Assembly: GCA_963768105.1 (NCBI GenBank)
Contig: CAVYGR010000008.1
Location: 233,023-297,022, forward strand
Length of the DNA: 64,000 nt
From: Candidatus Dormiibacterota bacterium
Lineage (GTDB): Bacteria; Chloroflexota; Dormibacteria; Aeolococcales; Aeolococcaceae
Direction of reading: 5' to 3'
The notes below the pieces were generated by a model that saw only the letters and a program-made list of their open reading frames with translations, ran no database searches and was not told the origin of the DNA. The translations under genes were made by a program, and so were the position numbers. Positions 9,177 to 19,273 of the stretch are shown in pieces; the first letter of the stretch is position 1; the number at the start of each line of letters is the position of its first letter.

Positions 9177-10411
9177 CGCGGCCACCGGCTCTCCTGGGAG
9201 CTCAACGCCAGGGCGCGTTGCAGGTGCTCTTCGATCCGCCGGCTGCAGATGTCCAGGGTGAAACGCTCGCGCACCGTCTGATGCGCGGCCAAGGCGAGAC
9301 GCCGGCGTTCGTCGGGGCGATCCAGCGACTCGGCGATCGCTGCGGCAAGCGCATGCACATCGCCGGGAGTGACCAGGCGCCCGTCGACGCCGTCGTGGAG
9401 CACGCCGCGGAGTCCACCGATGTCCGAAGCGATCACCACCACGCCGCGCGCCATCGCCTCGACGGCCACGAGTCCGAACGGTTCCTCCCAGAGCGAGGGA
9501 ACGAGGACGAGGTCCGCCTGGTCGTATTCGCAGATCAACCGGTCCTGACCGACGAGGCCGTTGAACACGACCACCTTTGCGAGGCCACGACTGCGCACGA
9601 ACGCATGCAATTCGGCCATGTATTGCGGATCGCCGTCGCCGAAGATCTGCAGGCGCAGGTCGCGACCCTGTTGGTTGACCAGCACATCCACCGCCTCGAG
9701 CGCGACCATCACGCCCTTTTCAGCGGTGAGCCGGCCGGCATACATGAGCACGGGGCGATGGGCGATGGGTGAGGTCGCGACGCCATTCTCCAGGAAGCGG
9801 GAATCGATCGCGTTGTCGATCACCTCGATCCGGTCGTCCGGACACCCGGCCTGGGCGTATTCCCGCTTCACCGCCTCGCTGGTGGCAATCAGCGTCGTGA
9901 ACCGGAGTGGCGGCACCGGACCGATGACCAGCTTCTTGAGCCACGCCGCGCGGACGGTGGAAAAGCGTGTCTCCGGCGAGTTGATGTACTGCCACCAGTA
10001 CGAATGGAGATGGAAGACGATCGGGCTCTTCACCTGGCGCAGGACGCGAAGTATGGAGACCAGACCCACCCCGGAGAGGTTCCAAACGTAGATGACGTCG
10101 GGAGCAAACCGTGCGATGACGCGGAGCACGGTGCGCGCCGAGTATTGAGAGTGGGTCTGTCGATAGAAGGCGAAGAGCCGGCCGGCGCCGCCGCGTTGCG
10201 AGCCGTTCCGAGCACGAGGTCCGTCAACGAATTGGCGAAGCTGCCGCGCCACCCAGGGTTCTCGACCAGCACCACGGCTGTCGTACGGGGAGGTCAGCAC
10301 ATAGACCTCATGCCCGCGGTCGCGCAGGGCATGGGCGATGTCGCCCGCAAGGATCTCCGCCCCACCGACGACGTCCGGAGGAAACCGGTTGCTGAGCAGC
10401 AGGATTCTCAT
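9173..10411 (-). CDS. GT-B glycosyltransferase (GT4)
   Basis: MRILLLSNRFPPDVVGGAEILAGDIAHAL at the N-terminus and VPSLWEEPFGLVAVEAMARGVVVIASDIGG in the C-terminal domain. Confidence 0.85.
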   Translation of the reverse strand: MRILLLSNRFPPDVVGGAEILAGDIAHALRDRGHEVYVLTSPYDSRGAGREPWVARQLRQFVDGPRARNGSQRGGAGRLFAFYRQTHSQYSARTVLRVIARFAPDVIYVWNLSGVGLVSILRVLRQVKSPIVFHLHSYWWQYINSPETRFSTVRAAWLKKLVIGPVPPLRFTTLIATSEAVKREYAQAGCPDDRIEVIDNAIDSRFLENGVATSPIAHRPVLMYAGRLTAEKGVMVALEAVDVLVNQQGRDLRLQIFGDGDPQYMAELHAFVRSRGLAKVVVFNGLVGQDRLICEYDQADLVLVPSLWEEPFGLVAVEAMARGVVVIASDIGGLRGVLHDGVDGRLVTPGDVHALAAAIAESLDRPDERRRLALAAHQTVRERFTLDICSRRIEEHLQRALALSSQESRWPR

Positions 10412-11964
10412 GACGCGGAAGACCCCACGGGTCGGGATCGGTTGGCACCGCGGCGGTTCTCCGCAGCCGGGCCCGGATCGACATACGCTCCTCGGGACTC
10501 ATCAACCGGCGCCACGCGAAGACGGCCGACCCGGCGACGACCACCACGACGTAGACGACCTTGAACTCGACGTTCAGCGGCAGCGCGGCACCTGCAAGCA
10601 AGACCCACACAGGTGTGGTCTTCAAAACGCCGTGCAGCAGGCTCGACAGCGTCCGTCCCTGGAACCGGAGCGCGAAGACCATCATTCCAAGTGCTTCGAG
10701 CCCCGTCGATGTCACCCAGAGGGCGGCCAGACCGACGATCCCCCAATGCCCGATGACCCAGAACGCGGGCCCGAAGTGCACGACCATTTTGCCCAGAGCC
10801 AGTTTTGCGCTGACGTCGGGCCGTCCATAGCTGTCGATGAAGGTGTCCGCGAGACTGCCCAGGCTGGTGATGAGGACGCCCACTCCCAGGAGCTGCAGCA
10901 CCGGCGTACTCCGCGCGGCTACCTGAGATCCGATCCAGACGCTCAGGCCTGGCTGAGCCAGGCACACCATGGCGAGGATGATCGGGAACATGGCCATCAG
11001 CAGGTACTTGCACGCGCGGTCGAAAAAGAAGCGCGCCTGCTCACGGTCGTGGACGAGGCTGCGCGTCAAGGTCGGAAAGAGCACGCCACTCAGCGCCACG
11101 GGAAGGAGCCACGCCTTGGCCGCCAGTTCGTAGGGAATGCTGTAGTAGGTCACCGCCGCAATCGACACGAGGAAACCGAGCAGGAAGCGATCGAGAAAGT
11201 TCGTGATGGGATCGACGAGGTTGTCCAGCGTGAGCCAGCCGCCGTACGACAGCAGCGGCCGCACAAGCGGGAACTGAAAGACAACCGACCGCATCGTCGG
11301 GACCGCGCTCAGGGCCAATCCCAGATACAGGAGAAACCCCGCGACCCGTCCGATCACGAGGAGTCCGACGATGATCACCAGGCTGTGCGTGAAGGGCAGG
11401 GCGATGATCGGGCCGATGTACGTCCAGATCCCAAGCGGGATGCCCGCCAGGTTGACCAGCTTGAACTTCAGATGTGCTTCGAGGATGCCGCGCAAGCCCA
11501 CGCTGGTGATGACCAGTGGAATGGAGAAGGCCAGCAGCTGCAGCGTGCGAAGCGCCTCGGCACCTTAGCCCGCCGGGTATCCGCAGTGCGTGGATGATCA
11601 CCGGAGCCAGCGTCCAGGCCACCGCCATGCCGATGCAACCAAGCGCCGCCATGATCGCGAGGGTGGTCCAGACCGTGGCGTGGATGGTGTCGTGCTCGCC
11701 CGACGCGAGCTTGCTCGCGACGCTGCGGGTCATGGCGAGGCCAAGTCCCAGGTCGAAGATGCCGAAATAGCCGATGAACGTCCAGCTCAGGGCGAGCAGT
11801 CCGAAGCGGTCTGCCCCCAGGGTCCGCTCGAGCACCGGGATCGACACGACCGCGACCAGGATTGGGGCGACATCGCCAAGGATGTTCCAGAGGACGTTGC
11901 CCGCGACCAGGCGCCCCGTTAGCGTGGGTTGGTCGCGCTTGGCGTTGCCACCTCCGCCGGCCAC
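10308..11964 (-). pseudogene. wzx: Wzx-type polysaccharide flippase, one frame break near 11568 as sequenced
   Basis: The N-terminal part is in the frame of ORF 11041..11964 (LWNILGDVAPILVAVVSIPVLERTLGADRFGLLALSWTFIGYFGIFDLGLG, up to IIHALRIPGG). The rest is in the frame of ORF 10308..11501, which upstream of its first Met reads GAEALRTLQLLAFSIPLVITSVGLRGILEAHLKF. It is a multi-pass membrane protein. The 3' tail overlaps the next GT by about 100 nt. Confidence 0.7.
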
Positions 11965-12013
11965 GATCTCGACTGCGTGTCCACGGGAGACGGTGAGTTC
12001 ACACTCACGGCGC

Positions 12014-13324
12014 CTATACCGCTGCCGTCAGCGTGGCTCCGGCGAACCGCTCGATCTGCTCGCTCCAGAGCCGATCGGACAAGCGGCCCACTGGAAGCTC
12101 CACGTCACCGAAGGTCAACACCTGGTCGGCTGCCACTGCGCAGCGCAGACGGCATCCACCTGCCAGCCCCATCGGCAGCAAGCGTTCCTCGACGGCCACG
12201 TCTGCGTTCTCGCACTGGCCGTACGTCATGTATCCGCCGATCCCGTCCAGGGTCTCCCCCGGCGCGAGGTCTCGCTTGGCCGTGCACACGACGTGGACAA
12301 CGGGGCCACCGGCCGGCGCTGTGACCGCGTCCTTGAAGAGCACCACGCGCGCAACCGAGAGCGGCACTTCGAAATGGCACAGGTGGTACGGGGTGTAAAA
12401 ACTGTAGAGCGGCCCCGGACCACGCTTGTACAGCTCGAGAAATCGCCGCTGCCGGGGATCGTCGTGGGCTGCCAGCACGAACACGCCGGGCGCCGGCTGC
12501 GCACCGACGACGTAGTCCACGATGCCTCCCAGCCCGCGCAGCTCATCGACGTCGTAGGCGGTCGTCAGCTCGTCCACGTGACCGTTGAACGTGCGGCCAC
12601 CCATGCCCCGCTCGGCGACACGCATGCCGGTCGCGTTGGCAACCGTCGCCTGTTCGAACGAGATCTTCGTGCCGTCGGCGAAGCTCGTGGCCATCTGGGG
12701 TGTCAGGCCCCAGCGCTCTGCGAATCCGGCCTGCGTTGTCGGGGTGCGGCAGCGATCCTGCAGGCCCTTGATATTGCCGCACACCAGCGGGGTGAGGCCG
12801 ATGCTGCGCACGAAGCGGTACAGGTTGACCTCGACACCGGGCTGATCACCGTCGCAACCGCTGAGGACCATGCCGAGTTGATCGGCATATACCTTCAGAA
12901 TCGGACCGAGGGTCGCCTCGAGCTCCGCGTTCATCAACACCACGGGCTTGCCGTTGCGCACAGCCTCGAGGACGACGCCGGCGGCGAAGTCGATGGTGCC
13001 CGTGACCTCGAGCACCGCGTCGATCCCATCGGCGCGGCAGAGCAGCGTCGGATCATCGGTGACGGCGACGCGACCTCGACGGAGGACCGACTCCAGATCG
13101 GCCACCGAACCCACCAGCTCGATCGCGTCGACTCCCGCCTCGCTGTACGCGTCGGCCGCCGCCTGCCGATGCCGGTTGCTGATCGCCACGAGCTCCATGC
13201 CCGGCACCGCGCTCACGATCTGATTGGCGATCGCTCGTCCCATGGCGCCCGCGCCGACCATTCCCACACGGACCGGCCGGCCCTGCTCGGCCCGCGCTCG
13301 CAGAGCGTCGTCGACGATGATCAC
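12014..13324 (-). CDS. NAD(P)-binding oxidoreductase with C-terminal SAF domain (COG4091-like)
   Basis: VRVGMVGAGAMGRAIANQI Rossmann motif, followed by a central homoserine-dehydrogenase-like region and a SAF-like C-terminus (VVCTAKRDLAPGETLDGIGGYMTYG). GTG at 13324 overlaps the rmlC-like stop (GTGA). Confidence 0.65.
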   Translation of the reverse strand: MIIVDDALRARAEQGRPVRVGMVGAGAMGRAIANQIVSAVPGMELVAISNRHRQAAADAYSEAGVDAIELVGSVADLESVLRRGRVAVTDDPTLLCRADGIDAVLEVTGTIDFAAGVVLEAVRNGKPVVLMNAELEATLGPILKVYADQLGMVLSGCDGDQPGVEVNLYRFVRSIGLTPLVCGNIKGLQDRCRTPTTQAGFAERWGLTPQMATSFADGTKISFEQATVANATGMRVAERGMGGRTFNGHVDELTTAYDVDELRGLGGIVDYVVGAQPAPGVFVLAAHDDPRQRRFLELYKRGPGPLYSFYTPYHLCHFEVPLSVARVVLFKDAVTAPAGGPVVHVVCTAKRDLAPGETLDGIGGYMTYGQCENADVAVEERLLPMGLAGGCRLRCAVAADQVLTFGDVELPVGRLSDRLWSEQIERFAGATLTAAV

Positions 13325-13872
13325 GGCAACGCCGTCATCCCGATCTCCGACAGCAGCGGCCAGGCGGCGTCCTTGGGTGAGATCTCCGTGACCGGCAGTG
13401 GCCACTCGATGCCCAGCACGGGGTCGTCGTAACGCAGCCCGCGCTCGCGTTCCGGAGCATAGAACTCGCTCACCTGATAGATCACCTCGGCGTCGTCGGC
13501 GAGCGCCTGGTAGCCGTTGGCAAACATCTCCGGCACGTAGAGCGCGCGACGATCCTGCGAGCGCAGCTCGATCGACACGTGTCGCAGGTAGGTGGGCGAT
13601 TCGGGCCGCACGTCCACGATCACGCTCCGAATGGCGCCGTGGATGCAGCGGATGAGTTTCGCCTCGGTCGCCGGAGGCAGCTGATAGTGCAGGCCGCGCA
13701 CCGTGCCACGACGGCGGTTGTAGGACACGTTGCACTGCACGAACTCCGCCCGCAGGCCATGGTCGGCAAACTCCCGGGCGCAGAAACTGCGTGCGAACAT
13801 GCCCCGGTTGTCGGAGCGGGGCTCCAACTCGACGACCGTCGGACCGCTCAGCTCGGTCGGGATGAAGCGCAC
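13321..13872 (-). CDS. rmlC: dTDP-4-dehydrorhamnose 3,5-epimerase-like cupin (RmlC family)
   Basis: MRFIPTELSGPTVVELEPRSDNRGMFARSFCAREF and RGTVRGLHYQ are RmlC hallmarks. Length is 183 aa. Confidence 0.85.
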   Translation of the reverse strand: MRFIPTELSGPTVVELEPRSDNRGMFARSFCAREFADHGLRAEFVQCNVSYNRRRGTVRGLHYQLPPATEAKLIRCIHGAIRSVIVDVRPESPTYLRHVSIELRSQDRRALYVPEMFANGYQALADDAEVIYQVSEFYAPERERGLRYDDPVLGIEWPLPVTEISPKDAAWPLLSEIGMTALP

Positions 13873-14885
13873 GATCGCTCCTGCAACGCGGCTATTCCCT
13901 GCACCCTGGGCATGGGACTGTCCGTGTAGATCTCATCGAGGCCGAACAGCGAGAGGATCCGCACCACCCGCTTGACATCCTCATGCGACCAACGACGCGT
14001 CCAGTTGGTGATCGGCTCACCGGCCACCTGGAGAGCGCTGTGCGGGCCGGTGGTGAGCGAACGGCGCCGCATCCGGGTGAACACGACGGGATCGAACGCG
14101 CGACCGATGAACGTCCCCATCAGCGGGATCTCCTCGGCGGGGTCGTTCCGCAGACGTTCGTAGCAGACCGCGTGGATCTCGCCTCGGGCGCACATGCGCA
14201 GCGGGACATAGTTCTCGACGCACCACCAGAACGCCTGCCGCTCCAGGGGCGTCGAGGCATCCCGCATCGCGCCCTCGAACGGTGCGATGAAATCGGCCAT
14301 CAACTCCTCCTGCGCCAGGAAGCGCTCGAGGTCTGGTTCGAAGCGCTGGTGCAGATCGCTTGGGGCGAGCGACAGCCGCGAGGTCAGCACGGCGCACGGG
14401 TGCCGGAGCACGAAGACGATCGGCATCCCCGGGAAGTTGACCTGGATCCACTTCAGCATGAGATTGGCGTAGACATCTTTGATGAGCCGCCTGGTCGCCA
14501 CCGGTCTGCGGTTGTAGTAGTCGACCCAGCGGTGGCGAAGGCGGCCGTTGAGCACCGATGCCATCGGCGTCAGATAGGCCGGATCGCGATTCTCCGGCCG
14601 GAGATACTGACCGCGGACCAGGTGTTGGAACTCGGGCACGTGCGGCGGCGTTAGCGGTTCGAACATGTAGCGGTAGGCGTTGCGGTAGTTGATGACCTCC
14701 GCCAGCCAGGTGGTACCGCTGCGCCCGCTGCCCGCAACGTAGACGGCGCTGCGGTGGTCGCCCCCCAGATCGAGGAAGGCACGCCCCCAGATATTCCGCT
14801 GCACCTTCCAGACCGCGCGGTACATCGGCCGCCGCCAGAGCGGACGCCGCGGCGCTTTGACCGCAAGGGCTTCGACGTCAGCCAT
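13848..14885 (-). CDS. Sulfotransferase family protein
   Basis: VYVAGSGRSGTTWLAEVINY resembles the PAPS 5'-phosphosulfate-binding loop. IVFVLRHPCAVLTSR resembles the 3'-phosphate-binding region. The protein appears soluble. Confidence 0.7.
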   Translation of the reverse strand: MADVEALAVKAPRRPLWRRPMYRAVWKVQRNIWGRAFLDLGGDHRSAVYVAGSGRSGTTWLAEVINYRNAYRYMFEPLTPPHVPEFQHLVRGQYLRPENRDPAYLTPMASVLNGRLRHRWVDYYNRRPVATRRLIKDVYANLMLKWIQVNFPGMPIVFVLRHPCAVLTSRLSLAPSDLHQRFEPDLERFLAQEELMADFIAPFEGAMRDASTPLERQAFWWCVENYVPLRMCARGEIHAVCYERLRNDPAEEIPLMGTFIGRAFDPVVFTRMRRRSLTTGPHSALQVAGEPITNWTRRWSHEDVKRVVRILSLFGLDEIYTDSPMPRVQGIAALQERSCASSRPS

Positions 14886-16416
14886 GTTCCGTGACCGCGA
14901 CTCGCGATGTCTGATGACGTGCCAACCCGACGCCGCAGCCGATGACGAACCACTCGACGAGGATCTTGGGGAGCGCGTTGTAGCCTGCCGACGCGATCGT
15001 GGGAACGAAGCCGCCGCCGAGCGACGCGATCACCGCCGTGGTCACCAGCAGGCCCAGCGCCGCGGTGCGCGCGAACCCTGCCATTGGCGTCGTCGCCTTG
15101 AACCTGAGCAGCGTCCGGGTCACCAACCAGACGAAGACCGCCAGCAGCGTCAGACCGACTATCCCGTCCTCCGCGAGGATTTCGAGAAAGATGTCGTGGG
15201 CCTGCTGATATCCCTGGAGCACGAGCCCCAGCGGGAACGCATTGTAGGTCTCCATGTAGCTGGCAAAGTTGCCCGGTCCCACCCCCAGCACCGGGCTCCT
15301 CGTCCAGACCACGAGTGCGCTCTGCCAGAGCTTGAGGCGGTCCACATCTGGACTGCCTGCCCGCTGCGCGATGATGGCCGCGACCGTCGGCTCGAGGAGC
15401 AGACCGATGCAGGTCAATGCTCCGATCCAGAGCACGACGCCGCGAGCGCCGAAGCGGAGCCAGATCATCAGCGTGAGCGCGGCGAGGATCGCGAGCCATG
15501 CGCTGAGCACGTATTGGACTGCTGCGGTCATGGCCCCCAGGAGTCCCAACAGCAGAGCCGCCCAGCGCAGGACCCGGCGCTGCGCATAGAAGGCCAGCGC
15601 CACGGCCATGACCAGCATGAACGCGGTCCACTGGTAGTCGAGCGTCGTTCGCTCCCCCTGCGAGAAGGCCTGAATCGGGTTGGTGGGATGCTGCAACCAA
15701 CTGCCGAGACCGAACAGGGTCAGCCCCGCGAGACCGGCGAAGACCCACGCGTACAGGCGCTCGATGCGAAACACCCGGCTGCTGATGGCGCCCCCACCAA
15801 ATGCGAGCAACGGCACCGCCAACATGTAGAGGCCGGTGACCTGGTACTGGATCGACCGGTGTCCATAGCCGCGATCGGCACCGGTGGGGACGTGCGCGTC
15901 CCAGAACAGCCAGCTCGCCGCCAGGGAGAGAAGCGCAACCACCAGCAGCGCCGCGTATGGGGTTACGTGAGGGACCCGCGCATCGCGCCCGCGCCGCCTG
16001 GCGACGTACACGGCGGCCACCAGAATCAGCATCACCGAGACCGTCGCCAGCGGGAATCCCGCGGACCCGAGGGCCACGGTCGGGAGCGGCAACATGGACG
16101 CCACGAGCAGCAGGGCGACGAGCCCCTCGGCCCCCCACACGACTCCGATCGCGATACAGCCGGCGATGGCGGCGCAGAGGATCGCGGCGATGACCACGCC
16201 GAATGCGCTCACCATCCATCCCAGCAACACGCCGGCGAGCGAGGTCGCGACCACCAACGCAGCCGGCGTGGCGACCGAGGACCGCCAAGGCGTCAGGCGC
16301 GATACCGCTCCGGTGACGCTCACATCGATGCAGCTCTCATCGCTTCCGACCGGAGCGCTGGAATCGGACGGTACTGGAACGTGGGTCCGTGGGCTGACGG
16401 CCACCCGAAGCGCCAT
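14878..16416 (-). CDS. O-antigen polymerase/ligase-like membrane protein (Wzy family)
   Basis: Polytopic hydrophobic protein with a large loop region, as in the Wzy_C/O-antigen ligase family. The start is uncertain: 16542, 16416, or GTG at 16323 just after the upstream stop. Confidence 0.6.
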   Translation of the reverse strand: MALRVAVSPRTHVPVPSDSSAPVGSDESCIDVSVTGAVSRLTPWRSSVATPAALVVATSLAGVLLGWMVSAFGVVIAAILCAAIAGCIAIGVVWGAEGLVALLLVASMLPLPTVALGSAGFPLATVSVMLILVAAVYVARRRGRDARVPHVTPYAALLVVALLSLAASWLFWDAHVPTGADRGYGHRSIQYQVTGLYMLAVPLLAFGGGAISSRVFRIERLYAWVFAGLAGLTLFGLGSWLQHPTNPIQAFSQGERTTLDYQWTAFMLVMAVALAFYAQRRVLRWAALLLGLLGAMTAAVQYVLSAWLAILAALTLMIWLRFGARGVVLWIGALTCIGLLLEPTVAAIIAQRAGSPDVDRLKLWQSALVVWTRSPVLGVGPGNFASYMETYNAFPLGLVLQGYQQAHDIFLEILAEDGIVGLTLLAVFVWLVTRTLLRFKATTPMAGFARTAALGLLVTTAVIASLGGGFVPTIASAGYNALPKILVEWFVIGCGVGLARHQTSRVAVTEHG

Positions 16417-17254
16417 TTGCCTCGACTGGCGCTGGGGTCGCGATCGGGACCGTTTTGATGACAGCACGAGGTCCGCGCAGGTACTCGATGGCAACCGCGA
16501 GTGCCAAGCCGAGGATGAGTCCCAGCACACCGGCGAACCCAACTTTGATCAACCATGAGAACGTCTGCGAGTGCGCAGCCGCGCGATCGACAACGGTTGC
16601 GCTGTAGGTCAACGCAATCTGCACCTGGTTGACCCGTGCTTGGGCTGCCGCCGTCTGCAGATCCAGGTATGCGTTCTGCGCCGCCTGCTGATCAAGTTGC
16701 AGACTCCGATACTCGGCGGTGAGTTCGATTGACGCCGTGCCGTTGAGGACCTGCGGGTTGACGTGCTCGAAGGTCAGCAGGGTTTGCGTCGCATCGAGGT
16801 ACTGTTGGCGGTACTGCTGCTGATCAGCCTCGAGGTTGGTCACCACCGAGTTGGCCGCACCACCCGCGAGCACCTGGTAGTAGGCCGCGCCTTCGGATGC
16901 GACCGCGTCGGCCAGCGCGACCGCGTTCTGGGCAGACGGGTCGCTCACGGTCACCAGGTACAGCGTGCTTCGTGTCGACACAACCGCCAGGTCAGCTGCC
17001 AGCTGGGTGGTGCTCTCCCCCACGTGCGTGTCGGCAAGCGCGCGTGTGGCGACGGTACTCGAGTTCGCGACATCGCTGAAGCTCAGGGCCTGACCGTTGG
17101 CATTGGCGGGCACCTGAGCCACGACCGACGCGGTGGCCTGATAGTGCGGGGATCGAAGGGCGATCACTCCGGTCGCGCCCACCGCCACCAGTGCGAGCAA
17201 TATCGGTATCCACCAGAGTCGTCGGAGGGCTAGTAGGACAGGTCCTTGCTGCAT
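16337..17254 (-). CDS. Polysaccharide co-polymerase (Wzz-like chain-length determinant, no kinase domain)
   Basis: The start MQQGPVLLALRRLWWIPILLALVAVGATGVIAL at 17254 includes the N-terminal TM segment. A long coiled periplasmic-type region follows, then a C-terminal TM segment LIKVGFAGVLGLILGLALAVAIEYL. Confidence 0.65.
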   Translation of the reverse strand: MQQGPVLLALRRLWWIPILLALVAVGATGVIALRSPHYQATASVVAQVPANANGQALSFSDVANSSTVATRALADTHVGESTTQLAADLAVVSTRSTLYLVTVSDPSAQNAVALADAVASEGAAYYQVLAGGAANSVVTNLEADQQQYRQQYLDATQTLLTFEHVNPQVLNGTASIELTAEYRSLQLDQQAAQNAYLDLQTAAAQARVNQVQIALTYSATVVDRAAAHSQTFSWLIKVGFAGVLGLILGLALAVAIEYLRGPRAVIKTVPIATPAPVEANGASGGRQPTDPRSSTVRFQRSGRKR

Positions 17255-17256
17255 GT

Positions 17257-18341
17257 TCACCTCACTCTCGATGACAAAGCTGATTGCGGAGACGTGCTGC
17301 TCGACCCCGAGGCACCAACGCCCAACCACCGCGGCGCACCAAGGTCCGGACGCCGGCAGAGGGGCTCCGGGATCCACTCCGGACACGTCGTGGATGCCAG
17401 CATCTCGGCCGCCTGCCGGCGGAGTCCGGTGCTGGGCAGCAGGTGCCACAGGGCAGCCCACAGAACCTCGCAGGGCACATGGCCCATTCGGGTGACCCGC
17501 TGTCCGCGTCGCGGCCGGTAAGCGGGCAGCATGCCGACCGGAACGAAGACGCGAGGGACAGCCTGCAAGGTCCAGGCATCAGACCCGCTTCCCGCAACCG
17601 CAACCAGTGGCAATCCGGGCGGGAGAAAGCTGCTGAGCACGGCTGCGAGATGCGCCGCTCGAGTGGTGTCGCTTGCGAAGAAGTCCGTATGGAGGGGTGT
17701 GACGCGTAGCCCGAGATCGGTGAGGCGCAATCGTTCGAGGAGACCACGGCCTTCGGCACCGCCGATCGGAACGGTACGTCCGTCGACGATCCTGGAGGCT
17801 CGAACAGAGTGCGCGCGGTCTGGCGCGAGCACGACCTCGGGGTCTGACCGAAACGCTTGTCGCAGGCGCGAAAGCTGCTCCCCGAGCGCCGTTCGCTCCA
17901 CGATCTGACGGACATCGATGATGCCGGCACGCCGTATTCAGCGATTCCCGCCAGCAGTCCGAACCGGGCCACAAGCGTCTGGACGGTATGAGCGGACGCG
18001 CCGGTCGTCACCACCACGCCGATGCCGGCCAGTTGGAGGACACGCAATGCGATCGCGGCAGCCAGGCTCACGGCGGCGATGTCCGAGCCCTCATCGAAGA
18101 GGATCCTGTCGCCCAGCACCACCACGCGCTCAGGGCGCTCGACCGACGCGGCGCCGACGGCGGTGGCCAGCCATGCGTGCATCGTCTCCACTGCAAGCTC
18201 TCGCGCATGCACCATTTGCGTGTAGGCCGCCTGGCGCGCGATGCCCGGCGGAGCCCACCGCAACGTCTGTCGCGCGACCCTGAGATCATCGCGCGCAGCC
18301 GTCCAGCGTACTAGGGGATCAGCCGGCCACGGACCGTACAT
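17257..18341 (-). pseudogene. HAD-IIB (Cof-type) phosphatase-like protein, frame break near 17928; catalytic motifs look degenerate
   Basis: The N-terminal frame (ORF 17262..18341) reads VVVLGDRILFDEGSDIAAV...GIGVVVTTGASAHTVQTLVARFGLLAGIAEYG. The continuation GIIDVRQIVERTALGEQLSRL... is in the frame of ORF 17257..17901. Motif I is FDEGSD rather than DxDGT, and motif IV is GSGSD rather than GDxxND. Confidence 0.4.
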
Positions 18342-19273
18342 CGCCGTTGTTGTGCTCGTGGGCGTGTGCCATCGCTTCCACCGTCATCGTCAGTGCATCG
18401 ATCAGCGGCGTACGAGCGTGCCAACCGAGGACGCGGTGTGCCTCGGAGCAACTCATGACGAAGGTCCGCACATCACCTGGACGCCGCCCGCGACGCAGGG
18501 CGACAGGATGGACTCCCATCAAAGCGCAGACTTCGATCGTACAGGTCGTTGACGCTGATGCCGACCTCACTGGCGATATTGAAAGTCTGGTTGTGGCCGC
18601 GCTCCAGCGCGGCAACGACTGCGTCTGCAACGTCGCCCGCGTACACATAGTCCTTGGTCTGCTCGCCATCCCATTCGATCGTGGGTGCCCGGCCGGACAG
18701 CAGGGCGTCCACGAAAGCGGTCACCGCGTGCCCGCTCCCAAGCGAGTCGCGCGGGCCGAAGACGTTTCCCAGTCGCAAGACGGTGTACCGGAGCTGCCGT
18801 TCCTTCGCGATGATCCGCACGTACTGCTCACCGGCCGCCTTGGACACGCCGTATGGGCTGATGGGACCGATGGGATCGGTCTCCACCACCGGCTGTCGCG
18901 CCGGGTCGCCGTAGACAGTTGATGACGACGCGAAGATGATCTTGCGGGAGTGAGCCTGGGCCATGGCCTCGAGCACGGCCAGTGTTCCGATGATGTTCAC
19001 GCGCCCGTCGTGACCAGGATCGGCAACCGAGCGTTCCACGCTCGTCTGCGCGGCGAGATGGACCACGACCTCGGGCAGGAAACGCATCACGACTTCCGCC
19101 ATCTGGGACGCGTCGCGGATGTCGGCCAGCACGAACCCGCAGCCTTCAGGCACGTTTTCCCGGCAGCCCGAGGCGAGGTTGTCGAGCACCGCCACCTCGT
19201 TCCCAGCGCTCAGCAACGCCGCCGCCACGTGCGAGCCGATGAACCCCGCACCTCCCGTGACCAGCACGCGCAT
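18319..19273 (-). pseudogene. galE: UDP-glucose 4-epimerase, frame break near 18540 as sequenced
   Basis: MRVLVTGGAGFIGSHVAAALL and YGVSKAAGEQY (YxxxK) lie in the frame of ORF 18473..19276. The C-terminus TIEVCALMGVHPVALRRGRRPGDVRTFVMSCSEAHRVLGWHARTPL lies in the frame of ORF 18319..18669. Confidence 0.8.

Noticed and set aside
10338-11597. 419-aa plus-strand ORF antisense to the wzx flippase
   Set aside because: It is an Arg/Pro/Asp/His-rich low-complexity translation with no recognisable motif, and it lies fully inside a well-supported minus-strand membrane-protein gene. It is a typical shadow ORF of high-GC DNA.
11774-13432. 552-aa plus-strand ORF antisense to wzx and the SAF oxidoreductase
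   Set aside because: It spans two minus-strand genes and their intergenic gap. Its composition is dominated by Arg/Ala/Gly/His, and it has no family resemblance.
14651-16458. 545-aa minus-strand ORF (14651..16288) and 533-aa plus-strand ORF (14857..16458) overlapping the Wzy-like gene
   Set aside because: Both are Arg/Gly/Pro-rich alternative-frame readings of the same GC-rich stretch. Only the 14878..16542 frame gives a coherent polytopic membrane protein that fits the operon spacing.
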